Source: a bacterium (GTDB lineage: Bacteria > Zhuqueibacterota > Zhuqueibacteria > Oceanimicrobiales > Oceanimicrobiaceae). From it: DNA of 35,607 nt. The notes under the pieces were generated by a model. That model saw only the letters and a program-made list of their open reading frames with translations, was not told the DNA's origin and did not search any database. The stretch spans positions 1 through 35,607 of the forward strand of contig JBHHXN010000040.1 in assembly GCA_046757025.1 (NCBI GenBank), read 5' to 3'. Below, in pieces: positions 1 through 9,083 of the stretch; the stretch's first letter is position 1, and each line of letters begins with the position of its first letter. The position numbers and the translations under genes were made by a program.

Positions 1-2
1 CG

Positions 3-839
3 TGCAAATTAGTGGCCACTATGAAAACCATGCATGCTTTCACCAACGCGGCCGCTCTGACGCCCGCAACTCGAATCTATCGAAGATTTATGTACCGCTG
101 GACGGCCAGGAAGGCGGATGCCATTATTTCGAATTCAACCAGTCAGACACAAGACCTGAAACGGTTTCTCAATTATGAAGAAAGTAAAATAAAACTGGTC
201 TATGAAGCCATCGATCACCAAACATTCAGACCTGCCAGCTCTGCTGATTTGAAAAAAAATAAACAGTATCTCAAAAAACTTGGTATTCATTCACCGTTCA
301 TTCTGTTTGTTTCTTCACTCTACAAATACAAAAACGCGGAGACTTTGATCGAGGCCTTTGCCGGTATTGAAAATCGTAAATATCTTTTAGTCATCGTAGG
401 TTATCCCAGAGAAAAAGCGTATTTTGAGCGGTTGAAAAATCTGGTCAGCAAATTAAATCTAACCGAAAAAGTAATATTTACAGGTGGGGTGTCGCATGAT
501 GAAACCGCCATATTTTACCAATCAGCCGAACTGTTTGTTTATCCTTCTAAATATGAGACTTTTGGATTAACCGTACTTGAAGCTATGGCATGCGGTTGTC
601 CGGTCATCACCTCCAATGTCAGCTCCATGCCGGAGATTGCCGGCGGTGCCGCCTGGTTCTTTGACCCACTTAGCCCTGCTGAACTGGCTTTCTCGATTCG
701 AAAAATATTGGGTGAAAGTCGGTTGCGCAATGAATTGATCGACAAAGGATTGAAAAGAGCAAAAGAGTTTACCTGGCGCAAAACCGCTGAAAAAACTCTG
801 GAATCTTTTAGATTCGCTTATTCTGAAAATCACAAGTAA
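3..839 (+). CDS. Glycosyltransferase family 4 (GT-B), 5'-truncated by the window edge
   Basis: Frame is open from the window start; FVYPSKYETFGLTVLEAMACGCPVI is the E-x7-E motif of retaining GT4s. Confidence 0.9.
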   Translation, partial: CKLVATMKTMHAFTNAAALTPATRIYRRFMYRWTARKADAIISNSTSQTQDLKRFLNYEESKIKLVYEAIDHQTFRPASSADLKKNKQYLKKLGIHSPFILFVSSLYKYKNAETLIEAFAGIENRKYLLVIVGYPREKAYFERLKNLVSKLNLTEKVIFTGGVSHDETAIFYQSAELFVYPSKYETFGLTVLEAMACGCPVITSNVSSMPEIAGGAAWFFDPLSPAELAFSIRKILGESRLRNELIDKGLKRAKEFTWRKTAEKTLESFRFAYSENHK

Positions 840-907
840 TGTTCTTGTATCTCATTGGGCATTTGAAAGCGTCACACTTTGTTTCCAGAATCTCGATTCG
901 GTATTTA

Positions 908-1038
908 GTGTCTGAACGAAAACTCGACAAATATGTGCTATAAGAACCTCTTCGTGAAGGCGTCTCCGCAGAGTCAGGCAGGTATTCACCCTCAACCAGG
1001 AGGCCTTCGGGAAGATAGAGTTGTTTTCGTTCAATCAC
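908..1038. mobile_element. MITE-like element, family A copy 1 (131 bp)
   Basis: Imperfect TIRs GTGTCTGAACGAAAAC / GTTTTCGTTCAATCAC; flanks TATTTA / TATCTA; interior is homologous to 5632-5786 and ends are shared with 13300-13451. Confidence 0.75.
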
Positions 1039-1061
1039 TATCTAGCTAAATTCACACTCCT

Positions 1062-2246
1062 ATGAAAATATTATGTTTGAGCCACGCCCAATATATCACG
1101 GTGGCTTTGCCCAAGATAATTGAACAGGCTGAGGCCATCGCCGGCTTAGGGCATGAGATCACCCTTGTCTGCACGTCAAAAACCGATCGCCTCAAAGTTC
1201 GACGCTTCACACGGAATGGCGTCCACTACATAACCACGCCGAGCTGGTTGTGGGGAAAGTTCCGTCACGGCGCCGATTTGTGGGATGTCCTCGTCCGAAT
1301 CGTGGTTTTGCTCAATTGCGAATCGTTTGATGTGATTCACGCCGTTGATTCGAGACCGACGGTAATTTTACCGGCCTTGTTATTGAAAAAATTGCGCCGA
1401 ATTCCACTTATCCTCGAGTGGTCGGATTTGTTTGGAAAGCGAGGCACCATTAGTGAAAGATCGGGGAAATTTTATGCGCTTACTTTCGGAAAAGTCGAAT
1501 CGTTTTTTGAAAGGGCGTTTCGCAAATATGCAGAAAATGCCATCGTTGTCTCCAATCTGTTAACCAAACAATTGCACGCCATTGGCTATCCAGAAAACCG
1601 AATTTATGTGCAGCGTTATGGCTGCAACACCCGAAATGCCCTGCACTATGAAAAGTCCGTCGCTAGAATAAAACTCAAGTTTCCTCAAGATAGCGTCATT
1701 CTGATTTACGTGGGGCTGCTGTTTCCATCCGATTTGGAGCTTTTGGTCAAAGCCGCTCGAATTGCTCAAGAAAAATATTCTGGTACATTGCAATGGATTT
1801 TGATCGGCAATCACCATTTGTCCACAGATGTATGTCAGGAGCTGAATTTCGAGCTGCCAGGCAGAGTCAGCCACGAGCAATTGCAGTGGTATTTTTCGGC
1901 TTCCGATCTTTGCTTGATTCCCATGCGGGTCTCCAGGGCAAATAAAGCCCGGTGGCCGTCCAAAATTGCGGATTATCTGAGCGCTGGCCGACCAACCGTT
2001 GCCACAAAAGTCAGCGATTTTGAGGAATTGTTTACTCGTTATCATTTAGGCTACCTGTCCGAGTCCGATTCCCCCCAACATTTTGCAGAAGCGGTTTTAA
2101 GTGCCATTCAAGATCGTGAAAATTGGGCGCGACTCGGCCAGACTTGTAAAGATTTTGCAAGAAGCTATCTGGACGTCCAAAAACTGGCGATAGACAGGAT
2201 AGCGCTTTATGAGCGAACCATTCAGGAATATCGCAAAGTCGCCTGA
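1062..2246 (+). CDS. Glycosyltransferase family 4
   Basis: 394 aa; C-terminal ASDLCLIP...PSKIADYLSAGRPTVAT is a GT4-like nucleotide-sugar binding motif. Confidence 0.85.
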   Translation: MKILCLSHAQYITVALPKIIEQAEAIAGLGHEITLVCTSKTDRLKVRRFTRNGVHYITTPSWLWGKFRHGADLWDVLVRIVVLLNCESFDVIHAVDSRPTVILPALLLKKLRRIPLILEWSDLFGKRGTISERSGKFYALTFGKVESFFERAFRKYAENAIVVSNLLTKQLHAIGYPENRIYVQRYGCNTRNALHYEKSVARIKLKFPQDSVILIYVGLLFPSDLELLVKAARIAQEKYSGTLQWILIGNHHLSTDVCQELNFELPGRVSHEQLQWYFSASDLCLIPMRVSRANKARWPSKIADYLSAGRPTVATKVSDFEELFTRYHLGYLSESDSPQHFAEAVLSAIQDRENWARLGQTCKDFARSYLDVQKLAIDRIALYERTIQEYRKVA

Positions 2247-2323
2247 TAGTACCCGTCGTGACGATAGGTTTCTTGTTCATGAAAGTCGTGTTGAAAGTCC
2301 GTTAAACTGGAGGCAAAGTTAAG

Positions 2324-3031
2324 TTGGAAATAGTCAATGATGAACTACTTTCTGTGGGACACCAAATTTTGGGTTCCAGCAAAGTCGGTGCGGACACTCT
2401 GATCGGCCAAGGGGTGATCATCGGCTATCCGGTCAACACATCCCTGCGCAAAAACGGTGCGTTCTTACCCTGCGATGGCGCCGTTGTTGGGGAAAACAGT
2501 CTCATTCGCTCCGGTACCGTTATTTATGAGAGAGCCCGTCTTGGAGACGAGATTCAAACAGGACACGGCGTCGTCATTCGGGAAGACGCTTGCATTGGTT
2601 CGGGAACGGTCATCGGCAGCTATACCACCATAAAAGACCGGGCCAGTCTGGGAACGGGGTGCCGCTTACAGGAAGCGGTTCAGGTGTGTGAGCGAGCCGT
2701 GGTGGGAAATTATGTTTTCATCGGACCACATGTGGTTATGACCGCGGAAAGGTACATGTTGGGCGCCCTGTTAGCCAGAGGAGAAATGACCGCTGAAGAA
2801 TTCGAGCAAGCTGAAAAACAGTATCGTGAAAAACCATCTGTGGTGATCGAAGATGATGTGCGCATCGGCGGCAACGCGGTGTTGATTGCCGGGACCCATC
2901 TGGGACGGGGATGTATGGTGGCGGCCGGCGCCGTGGTTTCCACGAAAGTCCCGCCCGGCTGCACGGTGGCGGGTAACCCGGCGCGCATCATCCGCAAACC
3001 CGAGCCCGAGAAACAGGAGCTGCCCGTTTGA
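2324..3031 (+). CDS. Left-handed beta-helix (hexapeptide-repeat) acyl/acetyltransferase
   Basis: [LIV]G-x4 repeats; C-terminal VAAGAVVSTKVP...VAGNPARII; TTG start with GGAGG upstream. Confidence 0.85.
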   Translation: MEIVNDELLSVGHQILGSSKVGADTLIGQGVIIGYPVNTSLRKNGAFLPCDGAVVGENSLIRSGTVIYERARLGDEIQTGHGVVIREDACIGSGTVIGSYTTIKDRASLGTGCRLQEAVQVCERAVVGNYVFIGPHVVMTAERYMLGALLARGEMTAEEFEQAEKQYREKPSVVIEDDVRIGGNAVLIAGTHLGRGCMVAAGAVVSTKVPPGCTVAGNPARIIRKPEPEKQELPV

Positions 3032-3432
3032 TTGAATTGCATCACATCGGCATTGCCACCGACAACGCACAACAAGAAGCCCAAATGTGGAGCGAGATCT
3101 ACCCCAATCCTGTACTCAGTGCGTTGATTCATGACCCGGTACAACGTGTGAACCTGATTTTTCTGTCATCCGAAACTGGCCGGCAGGTGTCTCTGGAATT
3201 TGTCGAACCCGCTAACAAGGATTCGCCGGTTAACAATCTCATCAAAAAGGGTGGGGGCTTCTACCATTTGTGTTATGAGGTGAACGATCTCGAAGCAGCC
3301 CTGGTTGCGGTGAAAAAAAACGGCGCTCTCATTTTACAAAATCCCGTAAACGCTGCCGCATTTGATGGCCGAAGAATCGCCTGGTTTTACACACGCAATC
3401 GAAGATTAATTGAATATTTGGAACGCGAATAA
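3028..3432 (+). CDS. VOC superfamily protein, methylmalonyl-CoA epimerase-like
   Basis: LHHIGIA, LEFVEP, GGGFYHLCYEV and LIEYLE metal-ligand pattern; start overlaps the upstream stop (TTGA). Confidence 0.85.
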   Translation: MIELHHIGIATDNAQQEAQMWSEIYPNPVLSALIHDPVQRVNLIFLSSETGRQVSLEFVEPANKDSPVNNLIKKGGGFYHLCYEVNDLEAALVAVKKNGALILQNPVNAAAFDGRRIAWFYTRNRRLIEYLERE

Positions 3433-3449
3433 TTGATTTTGGGAGAAAC

Positions 3450-5378
3450 ATGAACGGGAAGGTGGAAAACATCTTACGCCAATCTCAACAAAACAAAATG
3501 AGCTGGCGAGAAGAAATTATCGGTTGTCTGGATAAAGGCGAGCACAGCAAGGCCATGGCTGCGCTGTTAGAAGGCTTGCCAGCTCAGCCATCCATTGCAG
3601 AAAGTAATTTTGTCCATCAAATAATCAATCGTTTTGATTTCAGCGAGCTGAATTTCACAGCCGTGCGCGTTGCTTTGCTGGGCTCGTTTACTTTGGAACC
3701 GCTCATACCCCTGTTAAAAACAAAAGCGTTGCAGTCTGGAATTAATATATCGGAGTATCTTGCCGGGTTTAACAAATGGTTGTTGGAACCTACACAAGCC
3801 GATAGTTCTTTATATGCCTCTGAACCGCAGGTTGTTTTTTTAATTATTCGGCCCGAAGATATCTGCCCAAGTTTGGTTTTTTCCTTCATGTCGCTTTCCG
3901 GGGAGGAAAAGGAACAAGCCATTTCTCAGGTTGAACAAGATATCCGCTCGGTACTGGAAACACTTCGCGCTCGTTCCAGAGCGAAGATCGTCGTCACAAA
4001 TTTACCTGTTCCTGCTTACCCTGCTCTTGGCATTTTGGATTACCAGCATGGCGCAGGACAAACATCGTTATTTCGTCAGCTAAACATGCGTTTGATTGCC
4101 CTGGTTGATAAAATTGAAAGCGCCTGGATACTGGACTGGGAGAGCCTGCAAGCGCGCATCGGTCAGCAAGCTTGGTTCGACCGAACCAAATGGAGCGCAG
4201 CACGGGCGCCGTTGTCGTTTCAAGCCATGCAAATACTTACACAAGAAATGATGAAATTCCTTCGAGCGGCACTGGGACTGAATAAAAAGTGTCTGGTGCT
4301 GGATCTGGACAATACGCTCTGGGGAGGCATCCTGGGGGAAGATGGTCCGGATGGCATCCAACTTGGACCGGAATATCCGGAAAAAGCATTCATGGAATTC
4401 CAGCAAGCAATTTTGGAATTATATCACAAGGGGATAATTCTGGCGGTGAATAGCAAAAACAATTCTGCCGATGTGTTACCTGTTCTGGAGAAACATCCGC
4501 ACATGCTTTTGCGGCCAAATCATTTTGCTGTTATGAAGATAAACTGGCAGCCAAAGGTTCAAAACATGCGCGAAATCGCAGATGAGCTGAACATCGGTTT
4601 GGACAGCATGGTCTTTGTGGATGACAGCGCTTTTGAATGCGAAATGATGAAAGAGATGTTACCTCAAGTGATGACCGTGCAATTGGGGCCAGACCCGTTA
4701 ACCTACGCACCCGCCCTGCAGAAATTAGGCGTATTCGACAGCCTGACTTTTTCCGAAGAAGATAAACTTCGGGGTCAGCTTTATCAAGCACAGGTTGCTC
4801 GCAAAAAATTAATGCAGGAATGCACATCTCAGGAGGATTTTTATCGATCTCTAAATATGGAGATCACTCTGCAGCGGGTAAAGCCGCCTACTCTCAAACG
4901 GGCTGCCCAGTTGACTCAAAGAACCAATCAATTTAACCTGACCACCCAACGTTATTCTGAAGCCGAAATCGAGCATTTTTTGCATGCCCCAGACTATGAG
5001 GTGTTTGTACTTAAACTTATCGACCGATTTGGCGATAACGGAATTGTGGGATTAGCTATTTTGCAACGCGAGATTACTGAAGTTATAATAGATACGTTTT
5101 TGCTCAGTTGCCGGGTCATTGGTCGCAAAGTAGAAACCGCCTTTCTTACTTTTCTCCTGCATAAAGCTAAACAGGATGAGGCAGAAGCGGTGATCGGGTT
5201 GTACCGTCGTACAAAGAAAAATGGGCAGGTGGCGAATTTTTATCAACAACACGGATTTGAGCTGCTTGAAGAAGGACAGGATATTTATAAATGGCGTTTG
5301 CCGCGAGAGCGATTTTTTTATACTTATCCGGATTGTTTTAAAATGAACATCGAAATGGAGGAAGCCGTCTATGCATGA
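3450..5378 (+). CDS. FkbH-like HAD-IIIC protein (glyceryl-ACP synthase-like), long form
   Basis: KCLVLDLDNTLWGG, FVDD, RTNQFNLT, DRFGDNGIVG and LLSCRV motifs. Confidence 0.9.
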   Translation: MNGKVENILRQSQQNKMSWREEIIGCLDKGEHSKAMAALLEGLPAQPSIAESNFVHQIINRFDFSELNFTAVRVALLGSFTLEPLIPLLKTKALQSGINISEYLAGFNKWLLEPTQADSSLYASEPQVVFLIIRPEDICPSLVFSFMSLSGEEKEQAISQVEQDIRSVLETLRARSRAKIVVTNLPVPAYPALGILDYQHGAGQTSLFRQLNMRLIALVDKIESAWILDWESLQARIGQQAWFDRTKWSAARAPLSFQAMQILTQEMMKFLRAALGLNKKCLVLDLDNTLWGGILGEDGPDGIQLGPEYPEKAFMEFQQAILELYHKGIILAVNSKNNSADVLPVLEKHPHMLLRPNHFAVMKINWQPKVQNMREIADELNIGLDSMVFVDDSAFECEMMKEMLPQVMTVQLGPDPLTYAPALQKLGVFDSLTFSEEDKLRGQLYQAQVARKKLMQECTSQEDFYRSLNMEITLQRVKPPTLKRAAQLTQRTNQFNLTTQRYSEAEIEHFLHAPDYEVFVLKLIDRFGDNGIVGLAILQREITEVIIDTFLLSCRVIGRKVETAFLTFLLHKAKQDEAEAVIGLYRRTKKNGQVANFYQQHGFELLEEGQDIYKWRLPRERFFYTYPDCFKMNIEMEEAVYA

Positions 5379-5628
5379 TATTCAGAATCAAATTCGAGAA
5401 ATTATGGCGGATATATTCAATGTTTCACCGCAAATTATCGACGAGTCCAGCTCTCCGGAGACCATTGAGTCGTGGGATTCGCTGCAGCATTTGAATCTGG
5501 TGCTGGCTTTAGAGGAATCGTTCGGCATTCAATTTTCTATTGAAGAAATTCAAAGCATGCGTTCATTTTTAACCGTACTGGAAACCGTTGAGAATCGTTT
5601 GAGTCCGGCTTTTACAGTGGAATGTTAA
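5371..5628 (+). CDS. Acyl carrier protein
   Basis: 85 aa, acidic; WDSL phosphopantetheine attachment motif; overlaps the FkbH stop. Confidence 0.9.
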   Translation: MHDIQNQIREIMADIFNVSPQIIDESSSPETIESWDSLQHLNLVLALEESFGIQFSIEEIQSMRSFLTVLETVENRLSPAFTVEC

Positions 5629-5631
5629 CTT

Positions 5632-5786
5632 GTGTCGGAACGAAAACTCTAGAAAAGAGCGATACAAACACCTCTTCGCGAAGGCGTCCCTGCGACAAGG
5701 CTTAGGACAAGCCCCGTTGAGCCAGGCAGGAATTCACCCGCGGCCAGGCGGCCGTCGGGAAGAACGGGTCGTTTTCGTTTACACAG
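5632..5786. mobile_element. MITE-like element, family A copy 2 (155 bp, with 24-bp insert)
   Basis: GTGTCGGAACGAAAAC ... GTTTTCGTTTACACAG; aligns to 908-1038 apart from the insert at 5689-5712; flanks TAACTT / TAACGA. Confidence 0.7.
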
Positions 5787-5824
5787 TAACGAATAGTTGG
5801 AGAAACTGACGGGAGTAATTTGAA

Positions 5825-6556
5825 TTGAATTTATTCGACATAAAAACCGCCAGAGACCTCAGCGTGTGGACTCTTCTCAAGCGGGATAAGTTGTCAGAAA
5901 ATTCAGCAGGTTGGGAATATACGGTTATTAAGCGCCTGCTAGACCTGCTGCTCAGTTTTGTTTTATTGATTCTTTTCTCACCCATCATGCTAATTGTGGC
6001 AGTGGCCATCAAGGTGACGTCCAAAGGTCCGGTCATTTTCAGCCAGCGCCTGGCCATTGGCAAAGATGAAAAGCCTTTTACGCTGTACAAATTTCGAACC
6101 ATGTACACACATCTGGATGATTCAATTCACCGGGATGCCACGAAAAAATTTGTCAAAGGGGAGCCGATTGTGGAAGTGAAAGATAAACATGGCCCCCAGA
6201 AAGTGTACAAAATAATAAACGATAAGCGCGTCACTCCCATCGGTCAGATTTTACGTAAGACCGGTTTGGATGAGGTACCGCAGTTTTACAATGTGTTGAA
6301 AGGGGAGATGTCCATCGTGGGGCCGAGACCTCCGCTGCGCTATGAATATGAGTTGTACCATGCTGAAGCCAAAAAACGCTTGCAAGTATTACCCGGCATA
6401 ACCGGCCTTTACCAGGTGACGGCCAGAAGCCGATTGACTTTTGATGAAATGGTGAAGCTGGATCTCTCCTATATTCAAAATCGCGGACTCTGGCTGGATT
6501 TGAAAATAATTTTCATGACGCCGTGGGTGATGGTCACCGGCAAAGGCGCCCATTGA
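5825..6556 (+). CDS. Bacterial sugar transferase (priming polyprenyl-phosphate sugar-1-phosphate transferase); start uncertain
   Basis: KRLLD, YKFRTM, LDEVPQFYNVLKGEMSIVGPRP and PGITGLYQV motifs. Confidence 0.9.
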   Translation: MNLFDIKTARDLSVWTLLKRDKLSENSAGWEYTVIKRLLDLLLSFVLLILFSPIMLIVAVAIKVTSKGPVIFSQRLAIGKDEKPFTLYKFRTMYTHLDDSIHRDATKKFVKGEPIVEVKDKHGPQKVYKIINDKRVTPIGQILRKTGLDEVPQFYNVLKGEMSIVGPRPPLRYEYELYHAEAKKRLQVLPGITGLYQVTARSRLTFDEMVKLDLSYIQNRGLWLDLKIIFMTPWVMVTGKGAH

Positions 6557-6568
6557 TTTCTTGATTTA

Positions 6569-7651
6569 ATGGTTCTGGAGATGGAAATGACCATTCATTC
6601 GTTGAAAAAAGAAAAATCAACCGAAAGTGAAAGTACCATAAAAGTGGGCATTATCGGGGCGGGCTACTGGGGGCCCAATCTGATACGCAACTTTCGTGAA
6701 CTGCCAGAATGTACGCTGGTCAGGGTTTGTGATAAAAGCTCAGGTCGATTGAATTATATTCACCAGCAGTGGCCGGAATTGCAATTGGTTCAACAAGCTG
6801 AATCCATTATTCAAGATTCAAATATAGATGCCGTGGTTATTGCCACCCCGGTATCCACACACGGTCAAATTGCGGAGGCGGCGCTGGAAGCCGGCAAGCA
6901 CGTTTTCGTGGAGAAACCTTTCACCAGAACCACAAATGAAGCTTGCCGCCTCATCGATCTCGCCGCAAGCAAACAATTAAAAATCGCCACGGGTCATATC
7001 TTTGTTCATCATCCCGCTGTCACCAAAATGAAGGAGACCATTAAACAAGGAGAGGTTGGTGACCTGTGCTATGCTGAATCAAGCCGGGTCAATCTGGGGC
7101 CGCCGGCTTCGGAGGTGGACGTGATCTGGGATTTAGCCGTGCATGATATTTCAATTCTTCTTTATCTTTGGGAAAAGGAGCCGGTTACCGTCACCGCTTT
7201 TGGCAGAAATTATCTACATCCGCATCTCATGGACACGGCATTTATTCATATTGGATTTGCCGATGGAACCATAAGCCAGCACCATGTGAGCTGGCTCTCT
7301 CCTGAAAAAGTCAGAAGCTTTTTTGTGGCGGGCAGTCAGGGCTCGATGAAATTTGACGATGCGAAGCAAAACGAAAAATTGCGGATTATCGACCAGGGGG
7401 TCGACAGTCGAATAGGTTTAAAAGAGGATGAAGTCAAAGACCTTTACTACCGGCCTGGTAAGTTAAGCTCACCAGATTTGCCGATTCTCGAACCGCTACG
7501 AGAAGAATGCCGGGACTTTCTGAAAAGCATAAATAACGGCCACCAACCAAAAGCCGACGGGCAGGCTGGTATGGCGGTCGTTAAAATACTGGAAGCAGCC
7601 GAGAAATCGATTGCAAAAGGTAACCAAACCCTACACTTCGCTCAGGAATGA
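6569..7651 (+). CDS. Gfo/Idh/MocA family oxidoreductase
   Basis: IGAGYWG Rossmann motif, HVFVEKP, DLAVHD. Confidence 0.88.
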   Translation: MVLEMEMTIHSLKKEKSTESESTIKVGIIGAGYWGPNLIRNFRELPECTLVRVCDKSSGRLNYIHQQWPELQLVQQAESIIQDSNIDAVVIATPVSTHGQIAEAALEAGKHVFVEKPFTRTTNEACRLIDLAASKQLKIATGHIFVHHPAVTKMKETIKQGEVGDLCYAESSRVNLGPPASEVDVIWDLAVHDISILLYLWEKEPVTVTAFGRNYLHPHLMDTAFIHIGFADGTISQHHVSWLSPEKVRSFFVAGSQGSMKFDDAKQNEKLRIIDQGVDSRIGLKEDEVKDLYYRPGKLSSPDLPILEPLREECRDFLKSINNGHQPKADGQAGMAVVKILEAAEKSIAKGNQTLHFAQE

Positions 7652-7655
7652 AACC

Positions 7656-8768
7656 ATGAAAATTCTCGTCACCGGCGGCGCCGGTTTTATCGGTTCACAC
7701 ACTGTGGATGCGTTGCTGAATGAAGGCCACGAGGTAAGAATATTAGATAATCTGCAACAGCCCGTTCATTTAAAAGGCAAACCATCATATCTATCCAACG
7801 AGGCAGAGTTTGTGCTGGGAGATGTGCGCAACAAATCGGATTGGGAAAAATGCCTGCAAAATATGGACGCGGTTTATCATTTGGCAGCTTATCAGGATTA
7901 TTTGCCGGATTTCAGTACCTTTTTCCATGTAAACAGCGTGGGTACCGCGCTTTTGTACGAAGTGGCTGTGGAACGAAAATTAGAGTTACAAAAAATCATC
8001 GTGGCTTCTTCGCAGGCGGTGTACGGCGAAGGGAAATATTCGTGCCATTCCTGTAAGACGGCTACGTTTGCGGAACAACGCACACTGGCGCAATTGCAGC
8101 GAGGAGAATGGGAAATCAACTGTCCGGATTGTCAACAGGAGATGGCGTACCAGCCCGGCTGTGAGAACTTTGCCAATCCGCAAAATCAATATGCTTTATC
8201 CAAGCACAGTCAGGAAAAAATCGCCTTGAATCTTGGCAGGCGTTACAACATCCCCACTGTGGCTATGCGTTATTCCATCGTGCAGGGACCGCGACAATCG
8301 TTTTACAATGCCTACTCAGGGGCGAACCGAATCTTTTCACTCAATCTGTATTTCAATAAACCGCCGTTGATATACGAAGATGGCCAGCAGCTACGGGATT
8401 ATGTCAACATTTTTGATGTGGTAAGGGCCAATTTAATGGTTTTGAAATCAGAAAAAGCCAATTTTAAAGCTTTTAACGTCGGCGGCGGCTACGCTTTTAC
8501 CGTGCTGGAATTTTATGAAATTGTGCAAAAGGTGTTTGAGAAAAATATCCCACCAAGATTGAATAACTGCTATCGAGTGGGAGATACCCGGCACGCGATA
8601 TCGGACATCGCCTTGCTTTCCGAACTGGGATGGTCGGCTCGCTACTCGCCTGAAAAGAGCGTTTCAGACTACCGAAACTATTTAGAGCAGCAAACCAATA
8701 TCGAAGACATTCTGGCGTATTCGGAAAAGATGATGCATAAACTAAATGTTGTAAAACAAATAAATTAA
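7656..8768 (+). CDS. NAD-dependent epimerase/dehydratase (extended SDR) with a Cys4 insert
   Basis: MKILVTGGAGFIG, catalytic YALSK, RDYVNI; start placed at ATG 7656. Confidence 0.88.
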   Translation: MKILVTGGAGFIGSHTVDALLNEGHEVRILDNLQQPVHLKGKPSYLSNEAEFVLGDVRNKSDWEKCLQNMDAVYHLAAYQDYLPDFSTFFHVNSVGTALLYEVAVERKLELQKIIVASSQAVYGEGKYSCHSCKTATFAEQRTLAQLQRGEWEINCPDCQQEMAYQPGCENFANPQNQYALSKHSQEKIALNLGRRYNIPTVAMRYSIVQGPRQSFYNAYSGANRIFSLNLYFNKPPLIYEDGQQLRDYVNIFDVVRANLMVLKSEKANFKAFNVGGGYAFTVLEFYEIVQKVFEKNIPPRLNNCYRVGDTRHAISDIALLSELGWSARYSPEKSVSDYRNYLEQQTNIEDILAYSEKMMHKLNVVKQIN

Positions 8769-9083
8769 AATTGATTAAAGTTACCCCGAAATTTGTCGAT
8801 GCCTTGAGTGGCTTGATTGCAATTTATGTGAATATCGCTCTCTCAAAATTATCAATAACACCCGTAGCAGTCAATTAGCAATTAAAAAAACGACCATTAT
8901 TCTCGTTAATATTCAATGGGGCTTCCCAATTACATGACATATTACAAACGCATCCCCCCGATTTTTGATTAATGTGAACACCCATTCAAAGCCGTGACTT
9001 TATGATAACATTCGTTAAGTGAGCGTGAAAAGTTTGCGAAAGATAATTACAACAGAGAAATGTGAGATTACAAGGAGGTATCG

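Noticed and set aside
808..1038. Minus-strand ORFs of 60 and 76 aa
   Set aside because: They lie across MITE copy 1, antisense to the operon, with no recognisable motifs.
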